From positions 96,001-160,000 of the IMG/VR virus record IMGVR_UViG_3300037067_012088: a stretch of DNA of 64,000 nt; one strand, 5' to 3'. Position numbers and translations under genes: made by a program. This stretch comes from a virus. Lineage: Duplodnaviria > Caudoviricetes. Positions 44,479 through 55,189 of the stretch are shown piece by piece (position 1 is the stretch's first letter; every line of letters starts with the position of its first letter). The notes beneath the pieces are model-generated. The model was given only the letters and a program-made list of their open reading frames with translations, did no database searches and was not told the DNA's origin.

Positions 44479-44768
44479 GACAGCGTCCTCATGTGATATA
44501 CCGAGTTCAGTGTCGTCAGCACTGTCACGCTGCCCTCGGCCACGATTGACTGGACAGGCGACGTAGAGAAGTCACCCAGTGCCACGACCCCATTACGCTC
44601 ATGACGCTCGACGTTGAAACGCTCCCCTACCTTGGGCGCGACCAGATAGGTGCCCTTCAAGGTATACCCCTCCGTAATCGGCTGCCAGTTATCGAGGGTA
44701 TAGAGGTCGCCGTCTGGGCGATCAGGAAGGCGAGTGACCTTAGTCAGCTGAATATGGATTGGGCTCAT
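44475..44768 (-). CDS. hypothetical phage protein
   Basis: PKVGERF..FSTSPV..TLNSVY. Confidence 0.75.
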   Translation of the reverse strand: MSPIHIQLTKVTRLPDRPDGDLYTLDNWQPITEGYTLKGTYLVAPKVGERFNVERHERNGVVALGDFSTSPVQSIVAEGSVTVLTTLNSVYHMRTLS

Positions 44769-45373
44769 AAAGTGGGATTCTCAAAGACGTTACCGACCAC
44801 CTCGAACACATTGAGATGAGCGATAAGCGCGGCCTCGTCAGCCAACCCATATTCACGCAGAAGGTAAGTTAGGTCACCCGTCTCGTCATCGCCACCATCA
44901 ATCCACTGGGACTCGCGGGCGGAGAAGTCTTGGAGTAGATCGTTGTGCTCGGTGACGCTCGGTCGATGAGACTCAAAGGGCCAGACAAACCCGTTATACG
45001 TGATATCCCCGTCTGAATCAAACGTGAAAGCCCCCTTGGCAAAACGCACAACTTGAGTATAGGTCTTGATATAGGGTTCAAGCGGCTCGGTATACTGACC
45101 GTTAGGGATGTTGTCGCCATAGTGGGTTTGATAGCTGCGTTCAGGGGTATGGTAGCGGACGATATCCCCCTCATAGATGTCAACTCCATTGGAGTCTTGG
45201 AGGCCAGTGAATTGGGTGACGATAACGTCGTTCAGCTCCTCAATGGACACACGACACCACTGGTTGAAGGCCCAGATGGTCTCGCCGAGAATATGGCAGC
45301 CGCCATAGGACTTGTCGTGGAGCCATGTCTTGCGACCACTATGCCATGCGCGAAAGCTGATTGGGCGGTTCAT
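44765..45373 (-). CDS. YopX family protein
   Basis: ISFRAW, QFTGLQDSNGVDIYEGDIV, EVVGNVFENP. Confidence 0.9.
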   Translation of the reverse strand: MNRPISFRAWHSGRKTWLHDKSYGGCHILGETIWAFNQWCRVSIEELNDVIVTQFTGLQDSNGVDIYEGDIVRYHTPERSYQTHYGDNIPNGQYTEPLEPYIKTYTQVVRFAKGAFTFDSDGDITYNGFVWPFESHRPSVTEHNDLLQDFSARESQWIDGGDDETGDLTYLLREYGLADEAALIAHLNVFEVVGNVFENPTL

Positions 45374-45393
45374 AGGCGTCTTGTTCGCTTCAC

Positions 45394-45642
45394 TCACGGC
45401 GACGCGGTGTCTGACGACACGGTTGAATTGACATCCTTGATCTCGCCCCACTTGGGCGTAGACTCCTTGACCGTGTCCTCAAGCGCGTCCAGCTTCTCAC
45501 TCAACACGGCTTCCTGTGATGAGGTAAGGGGCCAACGGGAGTCAAGCACGGCTTGGGCAGCAGACTGGAGCCGATGATACTGGAGTTCAAAGTGGGCCAG
45601 ATACAGGATGGCCTGTTGAAAGGGGGTGAGGGTGTCGTTCAT
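45394..45642 (-). CDS. hypothetical protein
   Basis: ORF track. Confidence 0.65.
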   Translation of the reverse strand: MNDTLTPFQQAILYLAHFELQYHRLQSAAQAVLDSRWPLTSSQEAVLSEKLDALEDTVKESTPKWGEIKDVNSTVSSDTASP

Positions 45643-45647
45643 GGGCG

Positions 45648-45959
45648 TCAGTTTCTGTCAGCCTGTTCAATCTGGTCATACTCGTCTTGAGTCAAATCGG
45701 GATAGGGACTGATCCCCTTGGCCTCGTCAAACCGCCGAATCATCTCGTCTAGCAAAGCATCCTGTTCGCCGCCCAGATTAAGGGGGCCCCACACCTTCTC
45801 GATTACGGCGGTGGACAAGGCGGCGTCAGAGAGTTTGGCCACGCGATCGGTGAGAGCGAGCATCTTGAGGATGCGGTCGGCAGGCAGCTCGATATTGAAT
45901 ACGGGCTTCGGAGACGGAGGGGACCAGTCGTCCTTGACTAGGGGTGGCAGTTCGCTCAT
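45648..45959 (-). CDS. hypothetical protein
   Basis: CAAG-class promoter 45966-45994. Confidence 0.75.
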   Translation of the reverse strand: MSELPPLVKDDWSPPSPKPVFNIELPADRILKMLALTDRVAKLSDAALSTAVIEKVWGPLNLGGEQDALLDEMIRRFDEAKGISPYPDLTQDEYDQIEQADRN

Positions 45960-46004
45960 GAGAGTAGAGTGACCCACTTGGGTCTGGGTGTCAAGCATGA
46001 ATCC

Positions 46005-46514
46005 TCACCACGGAAGCGTTTCCTCGATAGCTGGCTCCACATTCGCCGCCTCGATGAGGAAGTGGTCGCAGTCGAAATCCACCATACGCTCGACCTCAAG
46101 AATGACATGCGTCTTGACATTACGGAGAGAGGGGCCTTCGCTGTCTTCGGGGTTATCGCACCCTTGTCGATACGTGCCCGTCTTGACTACTCGTTTCTCA
46201 CATACCTTGTAGACCAACCCTTTGATGTCAGGGCGTTCTTGAGTGTGAATGGTGCGTTCGCGCCCGCCAAATCCGCGCGCATGAAGGAGTCCGTAAGCCA
46301 GCGCGTTCACGATCTTGCCGTAGGTGTTCCCGTAGTGAAGGCCGATACCGAAAGAGGTGATGAAGTCGTAGATGGACTTGTCATCCTGTCTCATCTTGGC
46401 GATTTCTTCGCGCGCATCTGCTAGACTCATGGGGTAGCCACAACGCACGAAAACGCGGGGCGTGATGATACGCACCTTGTCGTGACGGCGATAGATGGGT
46501 TTGGAGACCTTCAC
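46005..46514 (-). CDS. hypothetical protein
   Basis: 169-aa ORF. Confidence 0.75.
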   Translation of the reverse strand: MKVSKPIYRRHDKVRIITPRVFVRCGYPMSLADAREEIAKMRQDDKSIYDFITSFGIGLHYGNTYGKIVNALAYGLLHARGFGGRERTIHTQERPDIKGLVYKVCEKRVVKTGTYRQGCDNPEDSEGPSLRNVKTHVILEVERMVDFDCDHFLIEAANVEPAIEETLPW

Positions 46515-46807
46515 TTAGATTCCCCGAACATGGTGTCTTTGGTCTTCCAAGCGGTCTTGAAAGCCTCCCAACGCTCTCTCGCCTCGGCGATCAGTTTATC
46601 ATCACGCACGAACCCTCCTCGGGGAAACTGACCATCGCCAGACATCCACCGCTGCGTGTCACCTACCCATATCGTGATAGGTTCACTGCGGAAAGCACAC
46701 TGGATATTGCCGATCCCGTAGCTGCGGAAATCAACGGTGACCTCGTCGTCCATTGAGAGGACGTGGTCAAGATCAACCCATGTCTTGTTGATCTTGTAGG
46801 GCTTCAC
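46511..46807 (-). CDS. hypothetical protein
   Basis: GTGA overlap. Confidence 0.7.
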   Translation of the reverse strand: MKPYKINKTWVDLDHVLSMDDEVTVDFRSYGIGNIQCAFRSEPITIWVGDTQRWMSGDGQFPRGGFVRDDKLIAEARERWEAFKTAWKTKDTMFGESK

Positions 46808-48021
46808 AGCTTGGCAGCCTCCGCTTCAACCCACTGTGCGAACTTGGCGGATTGGCTTGCGATCTTCTCGGCCAATGCCTTACCAGTGGGCGACGAAAGG
46901 GTCGGGAGAGGTAGCGCGCGAATGGCCTTGGCGAATGTGGCCAGCTTGGTTTTGTCAGGGGCTTTGGAGGCAGCTTGAATCTTGGCTTCCGCTTCATCGA
47001 GGAGCCTCTTCTGCTCAACCTTGCGTGCGGCTTCTGCGTCAGCTAGCTTCTGCGCCTGTTCACGGGCTTTCTCGGCTTCCTTGGCAAGGCGATCACGTTC
47101 GGCCTTGGCGGCAGCGTCTTTCGCGGCTTGTTCGGCGGCAGCCTTCTTGGCTTCCTCATTCCGTTTGGCTTGCGCGGCCTTCTCGGCGGCCTCACGTTCG
47201 GCGCGGGCTTTGGCCTCTTTCTCGGCGGCGATTCGACGCTCGGCAGCGATTTCAGCTTCCTTAGCGGCGCGTTCAGCGGCCAACTTGGCTTCGCTCTCCT
47301 TGCGGAGGCGTTCAGCTTCAGCAGCAGCCTTCTTGCGCTCCTCCTCAACCTTGGCGCGCTCGGCATCAAGAGCCTTCTGGCGCTCAGCGGCTTCAGCGGC
47401 TAGCTTGCGGTTCTCTTCCGCGAGACGGACGCGCTCGGCTTCCTTGGCGGCTTCAGCGGCGACACGAGCTTCCTCAGCCTGCTTGATGGCGAGTTGCTTG
47501 GCTTCGGCAGCGGCTTTGGTGGAGTCGCGCAGACTGACATACTGCGCTTCCGGCATGTTGGCGAGGTCATAGAACTCGATCTGTGTGCCCGTGACAAGCG
47601 CGAAGGGAGTAAGCTCGGCAATGCGGGCGGCTTTGAGTGCGTCGGCCCGCTCCTTGGCCGCAATCTCTTCGGCCTTTTCAATCGATTCCATGCGCTGCTC
47701 AACCGGCTTGAGACGGTCTTCGAGGATGTTGTAAACTTGGTCCACAGCCTCCTTGTAGTTCTTGGCTTCGACACCAAGCTCCTTGCGCGCCTTCTCGGCG
47801 GCTACCCGGACCTTGCGCAGGTCGAGACGCATGACGCGGGCTAGCTTGGGACTGTTGACTGCGATCTCGGCCGCCTGCTTCTCCAGCGCGAGGAAGGCCT
47901 CGAAATGGGGCAGGTAAGCGTTCTTGACGGCGAGGGCGGATTCAGGGGTGATCAAGGCCAGCTTGTTGGCCTCAATCCCGGGGATGATGGTGAGTTCGGT
48001 GGATGTGGATGGAGTAGTCAT
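46804..48021 (-). CDS. long Ala/Glu/Lys coiled-coil protein
   Basis: ARVMRLDLRKVRVAAEKARKEL.., AEK-rich stalk, APDKTKL C-terminus. Confidence 0.85.
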   Translation of the reverse strand: MTTPSTSTELTIIPGIEANKLALITPESALAVKNAYLPHFEAFLALEKQAAEIAVNSPKLARVMRLDLRKVRVAAEKARKELGVEAKNYKEAVDQVYNILEDRLKPVEQRMESIEKAEEIAAKERADALKAARIAELTPFALVTGTQIEFYDLANMPEAQYVSLRDSTKAAAEAKQLAIKQAEEARVAAEAAKEAERVRLAEENRKLAAEAAERQKALDAERAKVEEERKKAAAEAERLRKESEAKLAAERAAKEAEIAAERRIAAEKEAKARAEREAAEKAAQAKRNEEAKKAAAEQAAKDAAAKAERDRLAKEAEKAREQAQKLADAEAARKVEQKRLLDEAEAKIQAASKAPDKTKLATFAKAIRALPLPTLSSPTGKALAEKIASQSAKFAQWVEAEAAKL

Positions 48022-48236
48022 AGGAGAGAAGAAACGATGATAAGGATGGCAAGCCCAAGGAGCCCTAAGGTCGCCCACTCCCACGAGGTGAGCAGTGCGG
48101 TGACGAGGTAACCAACGGCTAGCACGGTGCCCCAACCCCGGATGGCGGTTCGCGCCGTGGAGTCAAGGGAGCGTCCTCCTAGCCAAGTGAGAGACAGGAT
48201 GCTGAGGAAGCCGAGGATGGAGAGAAACGTGTTCAT
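48018..48236 (-). CDS. multi-TM membrane protein
   Basis: Three hydrophobic segments. Confidence 0.65.
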   Translation of the reverse strand: MNTFLSILGFLSILSLTWLGGRSLDSTARTAIRGWGTVLAVGYLVTALLTSWEWATLGLLGLAILIIVSSLL

Positions 48237-48438
48237 GTAGTGTGGGGTAAGACGTAGACTCGGATATCCTCTTCGGTCGGGATGCTACTGCGGCGAGTGC
48301 CGCTCACGATGGTTGAAGAGCTGCGCATCACGGTATAGGCCTGCCCGTCGATGGTGAGGGTGTGCCAGATAGAGGGGGCTACCTCGGTCTCATAGGCGAT
48401 GAGACGCTTGTCAGCGTGATAGACGGTGATGAACATGG

Positions 48439-48720
48439 TCAATAGCTGTTGTAGAATCGAATCACGGTGACGCCTTCGGGCAACTGGGTCAAATCGACCT
48501 CAAAACCCTCACGCATGTCGGCGCTCCATTCGGTGACGGCGTCGGTCTTCTCAATATCGACTTCAACGCCGGCTTCATCGGGTGGTGCGTAATCGAAGAA
48601 ACGGGTGACCGAATCGGGCACTTGGGTGCCGGCGTCTTGGCAGGCATCATAGACCGCCTTCATCTTGCGCCATTTGTCGTCGGCAGGACGGAAACCGACT
48701 ATGTGGGTGGACATGCTCAT
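48439..48720 (-). CDS. hypothetical phage protein
   Basis: MSMSTHIVGF..IRFYNSY. Confidence 0.75.
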   Translation of the reverse strand: MSMSTHIVGFRPADDKWRKMKAVYDACQDAGTQVPDSVTRFFDYAPPDEAGVEVDIEKTDAVTEWSADMREGFEVDLTQLPEGVTVIRFYNSY

Positions 48721-48926
48721 CAGTTGATGGGATAAAGGACTAGAGCCGGCTTTCCACCCTCACCGTCATCCGTAACCTCACCATACCATGTGGTCTCAGC
48801 ATGATAGTAGGCATTGGTCAGTGAATCTAGGGGAGAGTAGCCATTGCCTTCGGCATCCTTTGACAGGATGACGATGCTATTGGGATCTGATTTGGAGAGC
48901 AGATTGATGAGTTTGGCGACGGTCAT
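48720..48926 (-). CDS. hypothetical phage protein
   Basis: MTV..LI..L..DAEGNGYSP. Confidence 0.75.
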   Translation of the reverse strand: MTVAKLINLLSKSDPNSIVILSKDAEGNGYSPLDSLTNAYYHAETTWYGEVTDDGEGGKPALVLYPIN

Positions 48927-49267
48927 GGGCGTTCTTGAGTATAGGTGCCAGAGCGTTCCGGCGGGTAAACAGAGGGTTGCGAGTCACCATCAAGCACGAC
49001 GTGTTGGCTACCGCACTCGATGGCTTCATCGGCGGCGATCTGTAGCAGCTTCTGAAGGGGACTATCTCCCTCGTAACGGTCATCCTCAAGTCTAGATGCC
49101 ACATCCTTGGCGAACCCCTTGGCGTCCTTGATTCGCGCCCCGAGTAGTTCGGGACCGTTCTGGAGGGCGTAAGCAAGGGTCTCGACGCCGATGGAGATGA
49201 CCAGTTGGTTGCCGGTCACCTTGATGGTGAGAGCGCGATTGGCGGGTTTGACGGATTTAGTGGGCAT
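48923..49267 (-). CDS. hypothetical protein
   Basis: ORF track. Confidence 0.7.
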   Translation of the reverse strand: MPTKSVKPANRALTIKVTGNQLVISIGVETLAYALQNGPELLGARIKDAKGFAKDVASRLEDDRYEGDSPLQKLLQIAADEAIECGSQHVVLDGDSQPSVYPPERSGTYTQERP

Positions 49268-49773
49268 GGGGGTTAGGGAATGAGTCGTTGGAGTATCTCC
49301 AAGACAAGGATGAGGAATCCGGTCACCCCGATTCCGACGACGGGAATCATGAGATAGCCGTGACGGGTGTTGCAGAGACGATTGAAGGTAGATTCGAGTT
49401 TGCTCATGGGTTGGAGTCCTTATTGGTGAGTAGTCCCAGTCCCGCGCAAGTCAGTCCTGCGAGAAAGAACCACGCCCACCCACCGTTGCCGTGGACCAGC
49501 ACATAGGCTGATGCCGCAATACAGATGAGGGCTATGACGTTGATTGGTGACCATGTCTTCATGGCTTCGGCTTGTAGACCTCAAACTGGTCGATGTCATC
49601 GAGGGAGTCATCCTGCCAGTCGTTCACATTGATGAGGGAGTTAATCTCTTCCTCGATGCGACGTTCACCGTTGTCGAGTCCCTTGCAGAGGCGTTTATAC
49701 TCAGCGGCCGACATCTCCACGATGGAGGTATAGCGAGTTGAGCGAGTAACTGAGATGAGGACCTTCATGGCGG

Positions 49774-50205
49774 TTAAGCGGTAGGGGGTTCAGAGAGCTT
49801 GTTCGGTCCCGTAATCACCGCGACCGGGATCTTGGTGCAGACCTTGAGGATGCCTGCCTCCTTCATCTGCTTGCGTTTGACCGTCTCCAATGCCTCAGCT
49901 ACCGACTTCACGGGGATGAGTTTGCCACGCTTACTGGCGTTAAAGGCATGAGCGGCCTGATTGATGCGGTCGAACACGGTATGGGGACCATCCATTTCGG
50001 CGATTTGAACCACCCATGCGGTCGAGGGCTCCGTGGATACCACCACATACTGCGTCTTCTGGCGCGGGGTGGGGTCTTCCTTACCGGCGTCTTCTTGAGC
50101 CAGTTTGGCGTTCAGGTCCTCCAGAATGGCGCGAACGTCAGGCGGGGCGACTTTGTGCTGCTTAAGTGTCTCGGCGACAATCGAGAGGTCAATCTTGTTG
50201 GACAT
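49774..50205 (-). CDS. hypothetical protein
   Basis: MSNKIDL.. Confidence 0.75.
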   Translation of the reverse strand: MSNKIDLSIVAETLKQHKVAPPDVRAILEDLNAKLAQEDAGKEDPTPRQKTQYVVVSTEPSTAWVVQIAEMDGPHTVFDRINQAAHAFNASKRGKLIPVKSVAEALETVKRKQMKEAGILKVCTKIPVAVITGPNKLSEPPTA

Positions 50206-50413
50206 GGTATATTGGGTTAGGATTGGGTAACGAGAGTCTCGGCCAGCGCAATCTCGGCGGCCACCTTCTTGAGGTAGGCGGCACGCAGATTCCGGGGCTG
50301 CTTGTTGTAGTCGATTTTCGCTCGACGCCACGCTTGTTTCAGGCGAGCGTCTCCAGCAGGAAACACGTTAAGGCGATTGAAGAGCTTACGGAGGATATGG
50401 GTCTTGGCTTGGT

Positions 50414-50644
50414 TCATGAGAGGTTAGCGGTAATCAGCTTGTCGAGAGTCTTGCGGGTCACATTGCCCAAAATGCTCTCGGGGCGCATTCCGTTCGGCAG
50501 CATCCTCGCCTTGAGTATCGAGAATAGATTGCGTCGTTTGGGGTGAGTGCAAGCCACAAAGGCCGCATGTTGGACGAGGTTCCCGTCGAGTTGACTGAAT
50601 TGGTCCACTCCGTTGAGCAGGATGATGGTAGGATATATGGTCAT
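50414..50644 (-). CDS. hypothetical protein (paralog of 50649-50882)
   Basis: Ends TLDKLITANLS. Confidence 0.65.
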   Translation of the reverse strand: MTIYPTIILLNGVDQFSQLDGNLVQHAAFVACTHPKRRNLFSILKARMLPNGMRPESILGNVTRKTLDKLITANLS

Positions 50645-50648
50645 AGGG

Positions 50649-50882
50649 TTAACTGAGGTTTGCCGCGATATAGCGGTTAAGGGTGGGCATGCCAATTGGC
50701 TTCACAAAATGACTGAGCGTCAAGCCCTCGTGATTGAATCCCTTGGGGTAACGCGCCGTCTTGATGAGCGCGAATTGGGGCTTCTTGGTCTTGAGACGCA
50801 CGGCGAACAGGCGCGCCGAGTTGATCTCGCGCTGGGGATACGACTCCCCAATATCGGGGACTATCTTGATGATGGCGTTCAT
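50649..50882 (-). CDS. hypothetical protein (paralog of 50414-50644)
   Basis: Ends TLNRYIAANLS. Confidence 0.65.
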   Translation of the reverse strand: MNAIIKIVPDIGESYPQREINSARLFAVRLKTKKPQFALIKTARYPKGFNHEGLTLSHFVKPIGMPTLNRYIAANLS

Positions 50883-51185
50883 GGTGATGGAGGCTTAGGC
50901 ATGTTCGCGACCAGCAGGAAGACGATCACGATAAGGAAGGCTAGGGCGGCGATGGTGGTCATCAGTTGAGGTATTCGCGCTCGATGGTTACGGAGCCAGT
51001 GAGCCGATCGATGATACGATAGTCCACCCAGTCGCGGCAATAGGTTTGACGCGTCGATTCAAGAGGCAAGCCAGTGAAAGAATCTTGATAGGTCTTACTC
51101 CAGTTCTCCAAACCGCGCTCCGCCACCTCTTTCCGATAGCGATTAAACAGGCGGTCCCACAGATTGAGTTTTTCAGGTTGGTAGG

Positions 51186-51509
51186 TCATGGCAGCTTCTT
51201 GAATCTCTTGGTTTCGTTCATAGCCTGACTCTGCACCACTTGGTCCATCTTGTCAACTGCTAAATCACGCTTAAGGTAACTCCATCCCTTCTTCCCAAAA
51301 GCCTTGTCTCCCGGATAGCTCTCGGCCGGCGCCACCTTGACGCCCGCGATTTCGTAACCCTCATGAGAGGAGATGATGATGGTCTCGTAACCGCGAACCT
51401 TGTTGGGCTCGCCAGCAGGGGAATAGGAGTAGACGGCTACCATCCCCTCGCGCGCGATTTGGCGATAGGTGACATTCTTGCGGGTGAGGATGAGAGGGAG
51501 GGTCTTCAT
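51186..51509 (-). CDS. hypothetical phage protein
   Basis: YRQIAR..GYE..ESYPG..FG..GWSY. Confidence 0.75.
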   Translation of the reverse strand: MKTLPLILTRKNVTYRQIAREGMVAVYSYSPAGEPNKVRGYETIIISSHEGYEIAGVKVAPAESYPGDKAFGKKGWSYLKRDLAVDKMDQVVQSQAMNETKRFKKLP

Positions 51510-51757
51510 ATAACAGGATCGAAGGCCGTCATGGGGCGTGTGAACTCGCCGCGTTCGTGACCCTCATAGTCGAACTCGTCCCAATGCTCGCTTGCGTAGG
51601 CGTTGCACTCAGGATGCATCTTCATCGTCCATAGACCGTCGTTGTCCGCGCCCGTTCTCTTGTCGTAGGTGTCGCCTATCTCGATGCGTTCGTTGCAGAA
51701 CCAGCAGCGATGTGGTTTGGCAGCCTTGAGGGTCGTATCGTGGAAAACGGTGTTCAT
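51506..51757 (-). CDS. Zn-finger protein
   Basis: HRCWFC..I..G..HPEC. Confidence 0.75.
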   Translation of the reverse strand: MNTVFHDTTLKAAKPHRCWFCNERIEIGDTYDKRTGADNDGLWTMKMHPECNAYASEHWDEFDYEGHERGEFTRPMTAFDPVI

Positions 51758-52249
51758 GTCATCTGCTTAAGTCCCATCTCGGCGAACCATGCCTTGGTCT
51801 CCTCGTCGCACGCCGCAAAAAGGGCCGGCGTCACGACCTCCGCGACCCACATCTCATATTCCGCCGGATGCTTCGCCGCCAAATCAAGGGGTGTCGCCGC
51901 CATACGGACGGGGCGCTTGGACAGGTCAACGGACAGGGTGAGGGTCTGACCGTCAGGGAACGTGTGCCGAAAGTGATGTAGTTGACTCATGGTTTGCCCT
52001 TGAACATCTGGCTGAATATGTCGGCGTTCTTGCTCAGCCCGCCAAGCGGGTCACCACTACCGTATCCATCTTGTTCTGCCCGCATCTTCTCCCACGCTTT
52101 CCCGTTCTCGAAACCTGCTTCGTGGGCTCGTTCCCACGTGGTGTCGAATAGCTTCTTCAAGCCGCGCGAGGTGAGGGTGATATGAGTATCGTCGTTCAGA
52201 CCCATCTTGGGGTTCTTGGCGACGTAGATGGCCCAGAGGTCAGCGCTAT

Positions 52250-52567
52250 TCAACGCAGCCTCCCATGTTCCACCGCTTCCGAGTTCTCAAGTGACTCAAG
52301 CCGCGCTTCAATCCCCATGAACCGATACTCCACCAGCCACTCGAACACGTGGGGGCGCATCTGGTCACAGAGAGACTCGACATACTCGATATCCCCCTCG
52401 GTCGAAAGCATGGTGCGCGGCTCAAACGGCACGAAAACGCCCCAATACTGGAGCAGATCACTCAGGTGGGCGCGATAGTCCCAGCCGCGCTTGTCGGTGG
52501 GGAAAGCAGTGAGCACCTTGCGCGCGAATTCGAGCTTCTGCTTGTCGGTGTAGGATGGAGTGGTCAT
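52250..52567 (-). CDS. hypothetical protein
   Basis: ORF track. Confidence 0.7.
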   Translation of the reverse strand: MTTPSYTDKQKLEFARKVLTAFPTDKRGWDYRAHLSDLLQYWGVFVPFEPRTMLSTEGDIEYVESLCDQMRPHVFEWLVEYRFMGIEARLESLENSEAVEHGRLR

Positions 52568-52838
52568 CAGTCAGCAAACTGCTGGGTTACCTCATCGGAC
52601 TCAAGCTCCTCCGTCTCGATCTCGTCAACATGGATGGCGTGCATCCCGGTGTTGACTACTCCCATCTCGTCTAAGACGTTGCCCGCCGCCTCATCGAGGG
52701 CGGTTTGCAGGCGATTACGGAGCAGATGGAGGGTCTTGGGAGACAGGGGTTCGGGAGAGTCTATCTCGAAGGTGATTGTGGAGGTGACGGATTGCATGAG
52801 GTGATTAAGGAGTAGTATGAGGGACTTGGGGTGTGGTG

Positions 52839-53957
52839 TCAAGTTGATTCTTGGTCCGGCGTCGCCGGACTGGGCGATTCGGTCGGCTGCGCCAACATAT
52901 ACTCCATCAGCTTGCGCACCGTCTTGTCGTCGAGAGGGCGACTGTCAAAAAGGTGAAACGCGGCGCCCTTCCACACGTCAGCATAGGTCGCCTGAATCGT
53001 CATGGCGGCGTCACGGCGCGGGATAGAACGAAGGGGTGCTACAACGCATTCCATCAGGTTGTAACGGGAGGTGACACGGGTGTGGGTCTCGCATACACGA
53101 TCTACCAATGGGCGCGCCTCGCTCATGCATTCGAAGTCAAGTTCACTCTCGATGCGGGCAAGGAATGAGAGCACGTCAGGACGGCCATACTCGAAGAACA
53201 TGTCGAGCATGTTGGGAAGGGTAATACGCTCCTTGAAGCGGTGCCGACGTAAGTAGCTGTCGGCCTTGAGCTTATGTAGTCCGAGTGGATGATACATGAC
53301 GCAGCCCTCCATACCCTCCCATGCTTTGATATCGTTTAGAGCGTGGGATATTGAAGCGAACGTGAAGCGGCGAGGACGACGCATGTTGAGCGAGATAGCG
53401 AGATGGTCCAAGGTGGATTGCGGTAGTAGCACGTAGTCATCCTTGACCACGCCGCCAATGAGCACCATGTCAGGCTCGGGGCCATAATCAAGGACGATGC
53501 GTTGATTTGGCGTCGTGACCTCTGTGAGCAAAGTGATGTGAGGGTGTTCCTTCAACCATTCACCAACACGGGGATAACGAGCGATGCAGAGACGGAAGTC
53601 GTCGGCATTCTCTAGGGTCTCGTAAGAGAAAGTCCCTCGGGTGCGCGCAGACAGTTGACCGTTGACCCAGTCAAACACGCCGCAAGAACCGTCCAGCTTT
53701 TCGACGAATATGGCGTCGGCGACCGAGTCGGGCATGGGGAAGTGCTCGGGGTTCTCGCCAACGTTCGTGAATTTCATGAACGAGCCACTCAGCAACTTGC
53801 CTTCAAGCGACCAAATACTCGACCTCAGGTGCTTATTGGCTTGAGTCCATTGGGTGCCCTGAAGCGCGGGAGTAACGAGCGCGGCGGGAATGCCACAGAA
53901 TACGCCCTCTTTGACGGAGAACTGTTCCCGGTCTACGGATGATAGGTCAATTCGCAT
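52839..53957 (-). CDS. T4 Rnl1-like RNA ligase
   Basis: KFTNVGE, motif I EKLDGS, RTRG, EVTTPNQRIVLDY, EGCV..KLK..Y. Confidence 0.85.
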   Translation of the reverse strand: MRIDLSSVDREQFSVKEGVFCGIPAALVTPALQGTQWTQANKHLRSSIWSLEGKLLSGSFMKFTNVGENPEHFPMPDSVADAIFVEKLDGSCGVFDWVNGQLSARTRGTFSYETLENADDFRLCIARYPRVGEWLKEHPHITLLTEVTTPNQRIVLDYGPEPDMVLIGGVVKDDYVLLPQSTLDHLAISLNMRRPRRFTFASISHALNDIKAWEGMEGCVMYHPLGLHKLKADSYLRRHRFKERITLPNMLDMFFEYGRPDVLSFLARIESELDFECMSEARPLVDRVCETHTRVTSRYNLMECVVAPLRSIPRRDAAMTIQATYADVWKGAAFHLFDSRPLDDKTVRKLMEYMLAQPTESPSPATPDQEST

Positions 53958-54501
53958 CTAGCCTCCTATGCCATTCGCGCACGTCATCTTGGATACGCTG
54001 GGGTAAGCTGCTAAAATGACCTAGTGTCCCGCCCATCTTCGCGGCCCACTCACGGTAATACCCCTCTACCTTGCCACCGGGCTGAAAGTGGCGGTCATAG
54101 GCGTAGGCTCCTAGCTTGTCGATAACGTCTTGGCGGCGCAGGAAGCGGGCATACACCTGAACGCGGAAGCCATAGGACTCCTCGGACCACGCCATCCAAT
54201 CAGGGATGAGGGTGACAGGCTCGACAACGGGTGGCTTATAGTAGCCGATGTCCTCGTGGTCGCCCCACTCCATCATGCGGAAACCGGCCCAGTTGCCTAT
54301 CTCGCAGATGAAGCCGTAGGTCTGGCCGTCAATATCGACGGTCCCGGTGAGCACATGATTCACCGCGTCCTCTTGGTGAACGTCGAGAAGGGTGACATCG
54401 CCGCGGGTGCCCCGTTGCGCGCGGAGAGAACAAAAGGCGTCGCTGATACGCTCGCTAATCTCGTCGGCCTTGGGGTGGAAGGTGTCGGTGTCAACTCTCA
54501 T
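53947..54501 (-). CDS. hypothetical protein
   Basis: 184-aa ORF. Confidence 0.75.
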   Translation of the reverse strand: MRVDTDTFHPKADEISERISDAFCSLRAQRGTRGDVTLLDVHQEDAVNHVLTGTVDIDGQTYGFICEIGNWAGFRMMEWGDHEDIGYYKPPVVEPVTLIPDWMAWSEESYGFRVQVYARFLRRQDVIDKLGAYAYDRHFQPGGKVEGYYREWAAKMGGTLGHFSSLPQRIQDDVREWHRRLDAN

Positions 54502-54733
54502 GACAACACCTCCACCAGTTCGCGAGCATGAACGATAAGCTTGTCTCCCCTACGATGCAGGCGCGCCGCAGGAGGACGCCATGTCTTACCCAGTTGGTCC
54601 ATGAAGTCTTCGGTCAGGACGATCTTGAAGTCGCCACCTTCGACGGGGTTCTCAATCACGGCACCCAAAGCCTGTCCTTCGATGCCGCCCGCAAAGCGAA
54701 CGCACACCTTGTCTCCTATCTTGGGATTAGGCT

Positions 54734-55189
54734 TCACAGCTTAACCTCCCTCACCTCATCGATACCCTCATCCAGACTGGGCTCCTGCCAGCGCGTGAAT
54801 TGATTATCGATCACTGATTCCGGGACGACTCGACTGCGCCCCGCATTGCGCGCCTTGCACACCTCAATCGGCACCCGCAACACATGCGCTTCAACCCGGT
54901 AACCGCACTCCTTGGCGCGCTCGATGATGCCCTTGCGGTTCTTGCGGCAGTAGTTCGTGGCGTCTAGGACCACATGCTTGCGCTGAATCCACGCGCCGTG
55001 AATGCGGATGGGGATGATGCGACTGAAGATGAGTCCATTCCATGACTGATCGTTCTCGTCGCCGCTTAACTCACCGCGAATCGAATCCGGGCAGATGATA
55101 AGGGTATCCGGGTTAAGGAGGGTGGCGGCATAGGTCGATTTGCCGGAGCCAGAACAGCCGACCAAGAGGGTCAGGGTAAGCGGGTTCAT
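54734..55189 (-). CDS. AAA_33 / polynucleotide-kinase-like P-loop kinase
   Basis: GCSGSGKST, PDSIR, VLDATN, RNAGRSRVVPESVI. Confidence 0.88.
   Translation of the reverse strand: MNPLTLTLLVGCSGSGKSTYAATLLNPDTLIICPDSIRGELSGDENDQSWNGLIFSRIIPIRIHGAWIQRKHVVLDATNYCRKNRKGIIERAKECGYRVEAHVLRVPIEVCKARNAGRSRVVPESVIDNQFTRWQEPSLDEGIDEVREVKL

Noticed and set aside
46804-48021. TolA or tape measure protein
   Set aside because: Similarity is compositional only; no TM anchor at the likely start and no tail-gene context.
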